A stretch of 64,000 bases of DNA from Planctomycetota bacterium (GTDB lineage Bacteria; Planctomycetota; UBA8742; UBA2392), in the NCBI GenBank assembly GCA_020425605.1, contig JAGQRH010000005.1, forward strand, positions 75,850-139,849, written 5' to 3'. The translations under genes were made by a program, and so were the position numbers. The notes under the pieces are model-generated. The model was not told the DNA's origin. It saw only the letters and a program-made list of their open reading frames with translations, and did not search any database. Positions 9,099 through 18,524 of the stretch are shown in pieces. Numbering within the stretch: the first letter of the stretch is position 1; every line of letters starts with the position of its first letter.

Positions 9099-9281
9099 TC
9101 ATGTTGCCGCCTCCAGCGGCTGCTGGTTTATGCGGTGGGACTGCACGGCCCGTCCCAGCAGCATGCCCGCAGACGCCGGGCTCTTGATGCCGAGGATGTA
9201 GCGTGCGTAGAACTTGATCGGGCAGGTCATGTAGGCAGTGAGCTTGCTCGGGCTCAGCTGCGTGAGTATTCGTGTTTCCAT
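9099..9281 (-). pseudogene. N-terminal fragment of a PD-(D/E)XK (RecB/Cas4-like) nuclease
   Basis: 60-aa ORF. LSPSKLTAYMTCPIKFYARYILGIK resembles the conserved N-terminal Cys-containing helix of PD-(D/E)XK nuclease family proteins, but no nuclease core follows. Confidence 0.35.
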
Positions 9282-9368
9282 AGCGTTCTCCCTATTTCGT
9301 TCAATGGCAGTGTTGGTTTGCCTAACGAGCTAAACTGTCCCGGCAAAGAGGACTCAGAGAACTCTCCG

Positions 9369-10067
9369 ATGGATGAGCGTTACGTTGAGAGACGCAGGGA
9401 TCTTGATCGCGTGTTCGAACGGGCTAAGCCCATCGAACAGGAGCCCCAATACGTTGACTCTCCCTCGGGCCGGTATCGCCTTGCGGTGACTACCTATTCG
9501 ACGGGACCCAAGTCTTGGAACGTCTGTCGAGGGATCGTCACGGAGGTCGCCAGCGGTGATGTCATCGCTGATGTGAAGCGAAACATCGGTGGCTTCTCGA
9601 ACACGTGGGTGGAACACCCGAACGGCAATGAGTACCTATTGTGTGGCGAGGACTACCAAGGATACAGCACCATCAACTTAACGAAGCGGCAGGTCCACGT
9701 GTACTTTCCCGAGGCGGGATACACTGGCGGCGGATTTTGTTGGTCACAGCCAATGCCCTCCCCGGACAAACTGATGCTCGCCGTTGAGGGCTGCTTCTGG
9801 GCTGCCCCGTACGACCTCGTGTTCTATGACTTTAGGGAACCGGACTCTCTCCCGTACCGAGAACTGAAGCGAGTCGAGGACTCCATGGAGGTAAAGGGTT
9901 GGGCGGACAACGACACATTCGTGATGACTCAAGAGTTCGAAGTTCGTAAGGCGGATGGCGTTCGTTACGACACACTCGACAGGGCTGAGCAGGAACGATT
10001 GAACACAGATTCGTCTTTGGTCGACTACATCTACCCGGAGATTCAGGTTCCACGGCCACCTGCCTAA
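9369..10067 (+). CDS. orphan hypothetical protein (233 aa) in a lower-GC islet
   Basis: ORF 9081..10067 trimmed to ATG 9369 (MDERYVERRRD). Codon usage is visibly less GC-biased than in neighbours. No domain recognised. Confidence 0.5.
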   Translation: MDERYVERRRDLDRVFERAKPIEQEPQYVDSPSGRYRLAVTTYSTGPKSWNVCRGIVTEVASGDVIADVKRNIGGFSNTWVEHPNGNEYLLCGEDYQGYSTINLTKRQVHVYFPEAGYTGGGFCWSQPMPSPDKLMLAVEGCFWAAPYDLVFYDFREPDSLPYRELKRVEDSMEVKGWADNDTFVMTQEFEVRKADGVRYDTLDRAEQERLNTDSSLVDYIYPEIQVPRPPA

Positions 10068-10132
10068 GACTCGTCATTGGCGTCGGAACCGGGACGAACG
10101 GGACAGTCCCGCCCGTCCCGATTGCTGATAGG

Positions 10133-10327
10133 TCAGGCCGCCAATGCCTGCTGGACGGTCAGCCTGCCCGCCTTGATCTCGTTGAGGTGGCCGATGACGG
10201 TGCTGGCCTGTGCACGGTCGAGGTGCTCCAGCCTGCGGCCGAAGAGGCGGTTGCAGAGGCTCTCCGCGAACGTGAAGTCCACGCCCATCGGCTTGAGTTC
10301 GCCGACCAGGCCCTTGATGAAATTCAT
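10133..10327 (-). CDS. small hypothetical protein (64 aa)
   Basis: ORF only. Faint resemblance to phage GemA-like C-terminal helices (RLFGRRLEHLDRAQASTVIGHLNEIK). Not firm. Confidence 0.3.
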   Translation of the reverse strand: MNFIKGLVGELKPMGVDFTFAESLCNRLFGRRLEHLDRAQASTVIGHLNEIKAGRLTVQQALAA

Positions 10328-10403
10328 TTGCTTCTCGCTGACAGCGGCAGATTTCGCTGTGGGCCGAGCCAGACTTGGCCGGGAAGTGCCGGTTACGACG
10401 AAA

Positions 10404-11678
10404 CTACGCGTCCTTCAAAGCTGCCGCCTGGCCGTAGTACCTTGGCTCGATTAGGGCCTTTACGTGGACCTCTGAATCCGCGTACTCGATGTCGAGGATT
10501 TTGCCGTGCTGCTGCAGGTAGGCTAGCAGCTTGCCGTTGCCGGCTGAGAAGGTCCAATCCAGGGCGGTTTCGCGCTCTTCGACCACTTCCTGCACCTTCG
10601 TTGCGAGCGCCTTCAGCCCCTCGCCGGTTTTGGCGCTTACGTCTACGTACTCCGGGTGCAGCATGTGCAGGTGGGTCAGCTGCGGCTGGTCCATCACGTT
10701 GTCGATCTTGTTGAACACCATCAGCGTGCGACGCCCGTCCGCGCCGATTTCGTGCAGCACGTTGTTCACGGCCTCGATCATCTCAACGGCCGCGGGGTGG
10801 CTGGCGTCCACGACATGCAGCAGCAGGTCGGCGTGCAGCACTTCTTCCAGCGTGGCGTGAAAGCTGGCGACCAGCCTGTGGGGCAAATTGCGGATGAAAC
10901 CGACCGTGTCGCTCAGCAGCACCTTGTGGTCCGGCAGCTTCCAGACGCAGGTGCGGGTGTCCAGCGTGGCGAACAGCTTGTCCTCGACGAATACGCCCTC
11001 TTCGGTCAGCGCGTTCATCAGAGTGCTTTTGCCGGCGTTGGTGTAGCCGACGATCGACACCTGAAACAGCTCGAAGCGGCGCTCGACCTCGGTGGCGCGG
11101 CGCTTGTTGATTTCGTCCAGCTCGGACTTCAGCTTGCTGATGCGGTTGCGCAGCAGGCGGCGGTCGACTTCGATCTGTCGCTCACCGGCGCCACCGACGG
11201 CGCCCAGCCCGCCTCGCTGGCGCTCAAGGTGGGTCCAGAGGTTCTTCAGGCGTGGCAGCTCGTACTCGGCCTGCGCCAGTTGCACCTGCACCTTGGCCTG
11301 CCGGGTGCGGACGTGCTGCCCGAAGATGGCGAGAATCAGCTCGGTGCGGTCGAGGACGCTGGCCTTGACCTCGTCCTCGAGCGCGGACTGCTGGTTGGGG
11401 CGCAGCTCGTTGTCGAACACGACGATCTTGGCGCCGGTTTCTTCGACAAGCGCCGCGATCTCGGCCGTCTTGCCCTTGCCCACGTAGGTGCGCGGGGTGA
11501 TCTGCTGCATCTTCTGGTAGGCCTTGCCGACGACCTGCATGCCGGCCGTCTCAGCCAGCGCCTCAAGCTCATCGAGCGGGTCGTCGCCGAACGGCTCGTC
11601 TTCACGCACGGTGGCGCTGACAAGGACCGCAGGGAGTTCGTTGTAGGTGATCTGGTCGAGGATTGTGCGGTCGGTCAT
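10404..11678 (-). CDS. hflX: GTPase HflX
   Basis: Start moved to ATG 11678 (MTDRTILD). HflX N-domain (DRTELILAIFGQHVRTRQAKVQVQLAQAEYELPRL). G1 GYTNAGKST, G3 DTVGF, G4 NKID. Confidence 0.9.
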   Translation of the reverse strand: MTDRTILDQITYNELPAVLVSATVREDEPFGDDPLDELEALAETAGMQVVGKAYQKMQQITPRTYVGKGKTAEIAALVEETGAKIVVFDNELRPNQQSALEDEVKASVLDRTELILAIFGQHVRTRQAKVQVQLAQAEYELPRLKNLWTHLERQRGGLGAVGGAGERQIEVDRRLLRNRISKLKSELDEINKRRATEVERRFELFQVSIVGYTNAGKSTLMNALTEEGVFVEDKLFATLDTRTCVWKLPDHKVLLSDTVGFIRNLPHRLVASFHATLEEVLHADLLLHVVDASHPAAVEMIEAVNNVLHEIGADGRRTLMVFNKIDNVMDQPQLTHLHMLHPEYVDVSAKTGEGLKALATKVQEVVEERETALDWTFSAGNGKLLAYLQQHGKILDIEYADSEVHVKALIEPRYYGQAAALKDA

Positions 11679-11847
11679 GGAATCGGGGTCTCGCGTACGG
11701 CCTGTTAGCAGCATAACGCGGGGGTGTTGCAGGGGTAAGGGCAGTTCACGGTCGACAGTTGACAGTCGACGGTCGGCCCGTCTTTTTCCCCAACGATTCC
11801 CGTCGAAGGTGCGTATAAGTCGGTAGTTACGTACAGAGGATGCCCAA

Positions 11848-13782
11848 TTGGCCATAGCATTCTACATCGAGTACCCGCGCATCACGGCCGTGGAGATTAC
11901 CGGCTCGGCGCGGAAGCCGAAACTAAAGCGCGTGGAAGTGGGCGATCTGCCTGAGCCGCGCAACGAAGACGGCACGCTGATGGTGGACCGTCAAGGCTAC
12001 CTCAATGAGCAGGTCTCGGCCTTCGTGAAGGACCGCAAGCTGTCCGGCGGCAAGGCCATCCTGCTTGCAGGGCCGGAAGCCATGCGCTACCGCGAGGTCA
12101 AGCTGGCCTTCAGCGACAAGCGCAACATCGACAAAGTGCTGCAGTACCAGGTCGAAGGCCTGATCCCGAACATTCCGATTGAGCAACTGACCGTCGGCTA
12201 CAACATTCTGCAGAACGAGCCGGATGGCGCGCGCCTGCTGGTTCACGCGGCCGACAAGGATTACATCCGACAGCGCATCATCGCGCTGGAAGAAGCAGGC
12301 TGCACGGTTGATGCCGTGGACAGCAACCTGTCCGGCACTATGAACATCGGGCTGCTGCATGAGGCGTTTGCCAAGGGCTCAGCGCCTGCGCTCTGGCTCG
12401 ACTTTGCAGGTACCAGCGCGACGGTTGCGGTGGTTCACGACGGCGAAGTTCAGACGGCGCGCGTGTTTCTGGCCCCGTATCTGGCAGGCGCCAGCGGCGC
12501 GACAGCCACGGCCGAAGAAGCCAAGGCGGCCGGCAAGAAGGCCGCTGCCGAAGCGGAGCGACGTGCGCGCGAGTTTGAAGCGGGCGACCTGGACCAACTC
12601 GATCACATGGACATGGACGAAGAGTACGTGCTGGATACCTCAGCCACGGACTCGGCGACCTTGCCGAAGTCGGAGAGTGTGAACATCGGCGAGGCCGAGG
12701 TCGCGGACCGCATCCGGCACATGAGCCGTGACGAGCTGCAGAAGTTCATCACGCGCGTGGCGGTTGAGGCCAAGCGCACGATGCTGATTTCGCGCTTCGA
12801 CGCGGACCCTGAGCGTGTGGTTGTCTCGGGCCTCGGTGTCGCGGGCGACGAGCTGGCCGGGCTGCTGGGCGACGAGCTGGGGATTGACGATGCGCGCGCC
12901 ATCGAGCTGGTGGATGCAGTCAACCCGCCCGGCAACTCGATCGACACGCCGGACGTGGGCGAGCTTTCCTACCTGTGCGGCACAGCGCTGAAGGGCGTCG
13001 GGCGCGACTATACGGGGATTGATTTCCGGTACGGTGACCTGGCGGCCGGCACGCTGATGGACTACGCGAAGACGCCGCTGGCCTTCACTGCGACGCTGGT
13101 ACTGCTGTTCGCGGGTATCATGTTCCTGATCAGCTACACCCACGCGCGGCAGTATGAGCGCGACATCGCCGCACTGCGCGACCAGGACCTCGGGCCAAAG
13201 TACTTCTTCACGGCTGCGTTCTTCCACACCAAAAAGGCTGACGAGAAGTCTGCACCTTCGGCAGCGCTCAAGAAGCTGCGCGATTACCCGGACATGTCGG
13301 ATGACCCAGGCAGCGAGATCCGGCTTGCGCATAAGCGTATGAAAGACACGCAGGCGATACTTCAGGGCCTTACCACAGACCTTTATGCACGACCGCACCC
13401 GGCAGATCTGATTTTGGTCGAGATTCTGAAGACCATCCAGAATGCCAAGCCGAGCTACGACTTTGCGCTGATGCGTTGCGACATTCTCGAGTCCGGTGTG
13501 ACGATCCAGTACATGGCATCAATCACTGAAACACCGGCCGAGCGACTACGGGCAGGTGCGCCCGAGCAAAAAGAAGCGGACCGCATGTTTTATGCCTTCC
13601 GTGACCTTGCTGACGCGCACCCTGAGTGGTTTGAGGGCGCGCCAACGCAGGATGAGGGCAGCAAGACTCAAGTCGGGCCGGAAGGCCGTGAGGCGAACCA
13701 GATGACACTGAAGTTGAAGCTCAAAAAGATCGAGCCGCCAAAGAAGAAGCCCGCGACCGCGCCCAAGACAGGAGCCAAGTAA
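11848..13782 (+). CDS. PilM/GspL-like actin-fold assembly-platform protein with TM segment and large C-terminal domain
   Basis: TTG start. N-terminal ~210 aa follow the PilM/GspL layout (ITAVEITGS..., LLAGPEAMRYREVKLAF, LLVHAADKDYIRQRIIALEEAGCTVDAVD, LWLDFAGTSATVAVV). Acidic linker. One TM (LAFTATLVLLFAGIMFLISY). Confidence 0.5.
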   Translation: MAIAFYIEYPRITAVEITGSARKPKLKRVEVGDLPEPRNEDGTLMVDRQGYLNEQVSAFVKDRKLSGGKAILLAGPEAMRYREVKLAFSDKRNIDKVLQYQVEGLIPNIPIEQLTVGYNILQNEPDGARLLVHAADKDYIRQRIIALEEAGCTVDAVDSNLSGTMNIGLLHEAFAKGSAPALWLDFAGTSATVAVVHDGEVQTARVFLAPYLAGASGATATAEEAKAAGKKAAAEAERRAREFEAGDLDQLDHMDMDEEYVLDTSATDSATLPKSESVNIGEAEVADRIRHMSRDELQKFITRVAVEAKRTMLISRFDADPERVVVSGLGVAGDELAGLLGDELGIDDARAIELVDAVNPPGNSIDTPDVGELSYLCGTALKGVGRDYTGIDFRYGDLAAGTLMDYAKTPLAFTATLVLLFAGIMFLISYTHARQYERDIAALRDQDLGPKYFFTAAFFHTKKADEKSAPSAALKKLRDYPDMSDDPGSEIRLAHKRMKDTQAILQGLTTDLYARPHPADLILVEILKTIQNAKPSYDFALMRCDILESGVTIQYMASITETPAERLRAGAPEQKEADRMFYAFRDLADAHPEWFEGAPTQDEGSKTQVGPEGREANQMTLKLKLKKIEPPKKKPATAPKTGAK

Positions 13783-14381
13783 TGGAAGGCAACGAAGGCT
13801 CCAAGTACATGACGATCTACATCGTGGCCTGCTTCGCGCTCGCGATGGTGGCCTTGATGGGCTACAAATTCGCCAACCAGGATCGCGAGGAACTCTCGAA
13901 CGAGTACGTGGACCTCGCCGGCAAGTTCGCGGACATGAGTGCTGCCTACGCGCCGAACATCAACGACTACTACCGCAAGGTTGAAGACGGGCTGATCAAG
14001 CCGCCTGACCAGAAGATGATGGACGCCACGCAGGTCACGCTGACCAAGCTGGCCGAGGATTCGCTGATCAAGGACGGCTCCGGCGCGGATGACCACCTCG
14101 ACATGGGTTCGATGAAGGAAAAGGTCGTCAACAAGCTCTACATCGAATACAGCCTGCAGGTCGAGCTGAAGAACGTGACCCAGACGCAGTGGGCGGTGTT
14201 CCTGTCTCAGTCACAGCACGCTACGCGTGAGTATGCGAGCCTTGAGTCCATAAAGATCGCGCGCAGTGAGAACCGCTATGCGCGTATCGATATCTCAAAG
14301 GACCACAGTTCCGACTACAGCCTGTGGAACGTGACGATCAATTTTGTGTGGTACGGGCCGCTCAACAAGGAAAAGGCCTAG
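13782..14381 (+). CDS. bitopic membrane protein, PilO/GspM-like by position and topology
   Basis: ATG overlaps the upstream TAA (TAATG). N-terminal TM (IYIVACFALAMVALMGY) followed by a coiled-coil and alpha/beta region. Confidence 0.4.
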   Translation: MEGNEGSKYMTIYIVACFALAMVALMGYKFANQDREELSNEYVDLAGKFADMSAAYAPNINDYYRKVEDGLIKPPDQKMMDATQVTLTKLAEDSLIKDGSGADDHLDMGSMKEKVVNKLYIEYSLQVELKNVTQTQWAVFLSQSQHATREYASLESIKIARSENRYARIDISKDHSSDYSLWNVTINFVWYGPLNKEKA

Positions 14382-14396
14382 GACCGTTTCGATGCG

Positions 14397-14436
14397 AAAA
14401 ACAAACCCCGCCGTTGCCGGCGGGGTTTGTTTTTTG
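14397..14436. terminator. bidirectional intrinsic terminator
   Basis: AAAACAAACCCCGCCG-ttgc-CGGCGGGGTTTGTTTTTT between convergent genes. Confidence 0.75.
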
Positions 14437-14441
14437 GATGG

Positions 14442-15818
14442 CTACTTGGTCAGGTCTCGTACTCTGACCTTGGCGCCGTCGCGAAGCAATGATTGGCCGC
14501 GCACGACGATCAGCGCGCCTTCTTTGACGCCCTGGTTCTTGCCCGCATTGGCCGGCGCGGCTTTCAGCTCAAAGCTGCCTTCGCTGTTTACGCCGCGTCG
14601 GCGGGATACGTCGATGCGTCGTGCGGTCCCGGTATCCGGCTCTTTGCCCGGGTCTACCACCCAGATGACTTCGGCATCGCCCACAATGGCTGCACCCGGC
14701 ACGAGCAGTACCTGCTTTTCGACGTTGGTTGAAATGCGCGCGTCCACCCACATGCCCGGCCGGGTGGCCAGCAACTCTCCCTTGCGTACGCGCTCGGCCG
14801 TCGAGGTGATAGCCTTGCGCGAGTCCGGGTCCATCTGCTGCAGCATCGCCTTGTGGGCGCCTTCGGCGTCAACGTCTTCAGGCTGAACGATGCGCACGGT
14901 GGCAACGATCATGCCGCGTGTCTGGTCAACGATCGGTGACACGCGGTCGACGTAGCCGAGGAAACGGGCGTTGGGGAATGCCGTAACGGAAAGCAGGACG
15001 GCCTGTGCCGTGTCCAGGTCGACCTTTTCCATCAGCCCGAACAGGCCGATGGCCGGGATGCGCTTTGGCTCGCGCAGGTCTTTCAGGCCGGCTTCGGCGA
15101 CGTCGAGCTTGACTTCAAGCTCGCGGAAGTCCGCGATGCGGAACGCCAGTGCGTTGGCGCCCACAAGCTCATTCGCGCGGATGTTGCGCTCGGTGATCAC
15201 GCCGGCGATCGGCGCCTTGATGACGGTGTAGGCGAGCTGCAGTTGGTTCACGGCCAGTTCGCCGCGGGCTTTGTCGAGTGCGAGGCTGGAGGTCTCGACC
15301 TGGTTGGCGGCCTTGTCGAATTCGAGTTTGGCGGCTTCGTACGCGTCCTTGCTGTAAAGGCGCGAGGCTTCGGGATTCTTTGGGTCGAAGTACTTCTCGA
15401 TGCGTTCAAAGTCGCTGCGCTTCTTGGCGGCGTCGAGCATGTCCTTGCGATGCGCAAGTTCGGATTCCTGCACGGCAAGCATGGAGGCCGTGACCTGCAA
15501 CTCGACTTTGCCGCGGTCGAGGCGCGCGAGCACCTGTCCCTGCTGTACGTGATCGCCGACGTCAACCAGCACGTCGTTGGCGACTTCGCTGATCTGGGCG
15601 TACACATCCGCCAGCGTATGCGCCTCGATGCGGCCGGTGCTGCGCTCGAACTCGGAGATGTTGTCCCGACGGGCCGGGACTACCTCTACGAGTGGGTCCT
15701 TGCGCTCGACTTCTTCGCCGTTCCCGCCCCATTTGCCCTTACCGCCGTAGTCGCCACCGCCGCACGCCGAAACGAGCAGCAATAGGGCCACGCCGATGAA
15801 TGCAGTCTGTTTGCCCAT
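14442..15818 (-). CDS. efflux membrane-fusion (HlyD/RND adaptor) lipoprotein
   Basis: Start moved to ATG 15818. Lipobox LLLVSAC. Lipoyl half-motifs VGDHVQQGQVLARLD and IKAPIAGVITERNI flank a long coiled coil. Confidence 0.85.
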   Translation of the reverse strand: MGKQTAFIGVALLLLVSACGGGDYGGKGKWGGNGEEVERKDPLVEVVPARRDNISEFERSTGRIEAHTLADVYAQISEVANDVLVDVGDHVQQGQVLARLDRGKVELQVTASMLAVQESELAHRKDMLDAAKKRSDFERIEKYFDPKNPEASRLYSKDAYEAAKLEFDKAANQVETSSLALDKARGELAVNQLQLAYTVIKAPIAGVITERNIRANELVGANALAFRIADFRELEVKLDVAEAGLKDLREPKRIPAIGLFGLMEKVDLDTAQAVLLSVTAFPNARFLGYVDRVSPIVDQTRGMIVATVRIVQPEDVDAEGAHKAMLQQMDPDSRKAITSTAERVRKGELLATRPGMWVDARISTNVEKQVLLVPGAAIVGDAEVIWVVDPGKEPDTGTARRIDVSRRRGVNSEGSFELKAAPANAGKNQGVKEGALIVVRGQSLLRDGAKVRVRDLTK

Positions 15819-15831
15819 AAGGCTCCGAAAG

Positions 15832-16476
15832 CTAGGTATCTTCCAGCGTGCGCGCCAGCGTATTCGCCATGATTGCCATTGCACCGGCGAGTGATTCCAG
15901 GCTCAGTGCGCCACCCATGCTATCTACGGCCGGGACGTGTACGAACCCGTAGGCAAAGCCCTCACCAAACAGGTGCGCCGCGCGATAGAACAGGTGATTG
16001 CACAGGTAGCCGCCTGCGTCGTGGGACAGCTCCGCCTGATAGCCGCCTTCTTGCAACGACTGTTGCAGCAGTTCCGCCGGAAATGTCGCTGGCAGCGTGG
16101 CCGGTGCGCCCGGCACGATTTCTTCGGCGCCCTGTACGCGACCGGAATTGTCGGCCCGTTTCGCGCCGTCGCGGTTGCGGGCGGTTGCCTCGATGTACAG
16201 CTTGGCGGGCTTGTCGCCGATGTTCTTGCCTTCGCGGAAACTCCCGCTTTCGCCGGCGCTGCCATAGACGCCGAAGCTGATGGCCGCGTGTGGCTCGTAT
16301 TCGACGACGGCCTTCTCGAATGCCTCAAATGCTCCCTGGTAGGTCACGGGTATCAGTGCAAGGCGCACGCCGGTTTCGAACATCCCTTCATCGCGGGCGT
16401 AAACCAGTGCGTCCCATGAAGGGTTGGTTGCGAAATCACCGAATGGCTCAAAGCCGCTGAGCAGAACGCGGGGCAT
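15832..16476 (-). CDS. pcp: pyroglutamyl-peptidase I (peptidase C15)
   Basis: ATG 16476 overlaps the upstream stop (TAATG). VLLSGFEPFGDFATNPSW, catalytic Cys in DAGGYLCNHLFY, His in GFVHVP. Confidence 0.85.
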   Translation of the reverse strand: MPRVLLSGFEPFGDFATNPSWDALVYARDEGMFETGVRLALIPVTYQGAFEAFEKAVVEYEPHAAISFGVYGSAGESGSFREGKNIGDKPAKLYIEATARNRDGAKRADNSGRVQGAEEIVPGAPATLPATFPAELLQQSLQEGGYQAELSHDAGGYLCNHLFYRAAHLFGEGFAYGFVHVPAVDSMGGALSLESLAGAMAIMANTLARTLEDT

Positions 16477-16874
16477 TACTTCCGATCGATCTTGAAGCCT
16501 ATGACGCGCCATCCCGCGGGCTCTTTGCGGAATGCGAAGTGGAGCGTGAAGTTGTCGTGACCCTTGGCCGTGGCGGGTGCGAGGCGGACTTCGTCGCCTT
16601 CGTCCTTCTCGTCTTTCTGGCCGCCATCGCCGTGTTCGAGGCCCTTGTAGTCATTCATCAGGTCTGCGAAATCAGGGTTACTGGCGATGGTACGCAGGCT
16701 GTCCATGCTGAGTGCGTTGGGATCGCAGAGCTCGTACGCGCCCAGCTGGTCGCCCTTGGCGAGGCGCTCCATAAACGTGTCGGCCACGCTGCGGCATGAG
16801 GCGAGTTCAGCACCAGGGCCACAACCGGCTATCAGCAGGCCGAGCAACAGAACTGCTATGATTGCTTTACGCAT
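16476..16874 (-). CDS. lipoprotein (hypothetical)
   Basis: Start moved to ATG 16874. MRKAIIAVLLLGLLIAGC lipobox. Confidence 0.6.
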   Translation of the reverse strand: MRKAIIAVLLLGLLIAGCGPGAELASCRSVADTFMERLAKGDQLGAYELCDPNALSMDSLRTIASNPDFADLMNDYKGLEHGDGGQKDEKDEGDEVRLAPATAKGHDNFTLHFAFRKEPAGWRVIGFKIDRK

Positions 16875-16917
16875 GGGGGCATTCCTCACTTCAGCAGTCT
16901 GAGTTATAGCGGTTGTC

Positions 16918-17667
16918 ATGGACCAGAAAACCCCAGGCAGGCTTGCAGGGCTGCGCATCGCCGTAACTCGCGAAGAGCCGGGAGAGTTGGCCGGTTTGCT
17001 GGGTGCCGAGCGCGCCGAGGTAATCCATTGTTCACTGATACGGATTGTCGGCCCGATTGACGCTACGGAACTGGATACATGCCTGGACCACATCGGTGAC
17101 TATGCCTGGATCACGTTCACCAGCAGCAATGCTTTGCGGATGACCATTCAGCGCGGACGGGCGCTCGACGGCCCCAGCGTGGCGTGTGTCGGCGAATCCA
17201 CGGCGGCCACGGCGCGGGAGGCGGGGTTGCAGGTCGCGCTCATACCTGAGCGCAGGCACGTGAAAGGGTTGATCGAGGCAATGGCCGCGCAGTCCGGGCG
17301 TGGAAGGGTACTGTATCCGCGCAGTGACATTGCCCCCGGTACGCTGAAAGAAGGACTTCAGGCGTTGGGGTATCAAGTCGATGATCCGGTGGCGTACGGG
17401 AACGAGCCGGACATGGACGGTGTGGAAACGCTTGGCAAGGCGCTCGAACAGGGCCTTGATGCGATTGTCTTTGCTTCGCCAAGCGCGGTGCGGGCGGCGA
17501 TCGCCCCACTTGGCCATGCCGGATTGTCAGGTCTGCAGATCTACAGCATCGGGCCAACCACCAGCGCGGCAATCCGGGAGAACGGGCTGCAGGTCGCAGG
17601 CGAGGCAGCCGGGCACACATTGAGTTCACTCGTGGACGCCGTCATTGAGGGTCAGCGCAATGGATGA
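16918..17667 (+). CDS. hemD: uroporphyrinogen-III synthase
   Basis: HEM4-type two-lobe pattern (LRIAVTREE, WITFTSSNALR, AIVFASPSAVRA, IYSIGPTTS). Confidence 0.75.
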   Translation: MDQKTPGRLAGLRIAVTREEPGELAGLLGAERAEVIHCSLIRIVGPIDATELDTCLDHIGDYAWITFTSSNALRMTIQRGRALDGPSVACVGESTAATAREAGLQVALIPERRHVKGLIEAMAAQSGRGRVLYPRSDIAPGTLKEGLQALGYQVDDPVAYGNEPDMDGVETLGKALEQGLDAIVFASPSAVRAAIAPLGHAGLSGLQIYSIGPTTSAAIRENGLQVAGEAAGHTLSSLVDAVIEGQRNG

Positions 17668-18430
17668 CCCGGCGTCCGCCGAGCAGGTCCAGACGACCGA
17701 GCCGTCCCATGCGCCGAAGCGCGGGTTGCTCGGGGCGTTGTTCTGGCCCTTGCGCTTGTTGAAGCGAATGTACGCCTGGGTGGTGGGCTGGGCCGATACA
17801 AAGTTCGGCGCGCCTGCGCTGGTGGTGCTCGCGTTTGCTGAAGCGAGCTTTTTCCCGATCCCGCCGGACCCGCTGCTGATCGCGCTCTGCCTGGGCAAGC
17901 GCAAACGGTCACTTTGGTTCGGTCTGGCGTGCACCGTGGCGTCCGTGCTGGGCGGAATCCTCGGCTGGTATATCGGGCAGGCTCTGTTCCACAGCGTGGT
18001 CGACGTCATCCATAGTGTCGGATGGGGGCCCAGCTGGTTCGGTACGGTTGCAGCTGCCAAAGAGTTGAGCGCGGATCAGGTGGCAGCACTTCCGCGCGCG
18101 GGTGAAGTGATCTTCTACCCGGACGGATACTTCTACATCGTGCAGCAGAAGTTTGAGCAGAATGCTCTCTTGGCCTACTTCAGCGCGGCGCTGAGCCCGA
18201 TCCCGTACAAGGTCTTCACCATCGCGGGCGGGGTGTTTCAGGTCAGCCTGCCGTTGCTGGTCGCAGGCAGCATTGCCGGGCGCGGGCTTCGCTTCATGAG
18301 CTTGGCCCTGTTGATCCACTTGTTCGGCGACAAGGTGCGCCCGATCATTGAGAAGTACTTTGAGTGGATCACAATCGGTCTGTGCGTACTGCTTGTGCTG
18401 TTCTTTGTCGTGCTCAGGTATGTGATGTAG
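17660..18430 (+). CDS. YqaA/DedA-related membrane protein
   Basis: ATG 17660 overlaps the hemD end. AEASFFPIPPDPLLIAL signature plus multiple TMs. Confidence 0.7.
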   Translation: MDDPASAEQVQTTEPSHAPKRGLLGALFWPLRLLKRMYAWVVGWADTKFGAPALVVLAFAEASFFPIPPDPLLIALCLGKRKRSLWFGLACTVASVLGGILGWYIGQALFHSVVDVIHSVGWGPSWFGTVAAAKELSADQVAALPRAGEVIFYPDGYFYIVQQKFEQNALLAYFSAALSPIPYKVFTIAGGVFQVSLPLLVAGSIAGRGLRFMSLALLIHLFGDKVRPIIEKYFEWITIGLCVLLVLFFVVLRYVM

Positions 18431-18524
18431 CATCGGCATCTTGCCGATGTAGTGCGCACGCGCTTCCAGCGTGTGATCGAATCGGCTGGAAGCCGAGCAA
18501 TACGACATCACCTGGAAGGCGATG

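Noticed and set aside
9305-9322. TGGCAG...TTTGC sigma54-like motif upstream of the orphan gene
   Set aside because: GG-to-GC spacing is 12 rather than 10, so it does not fit a -24/-12 promoter.
10656-11708. 350-aa plus-strand ORF
   Set aside because: Antisense shadow of hflX.
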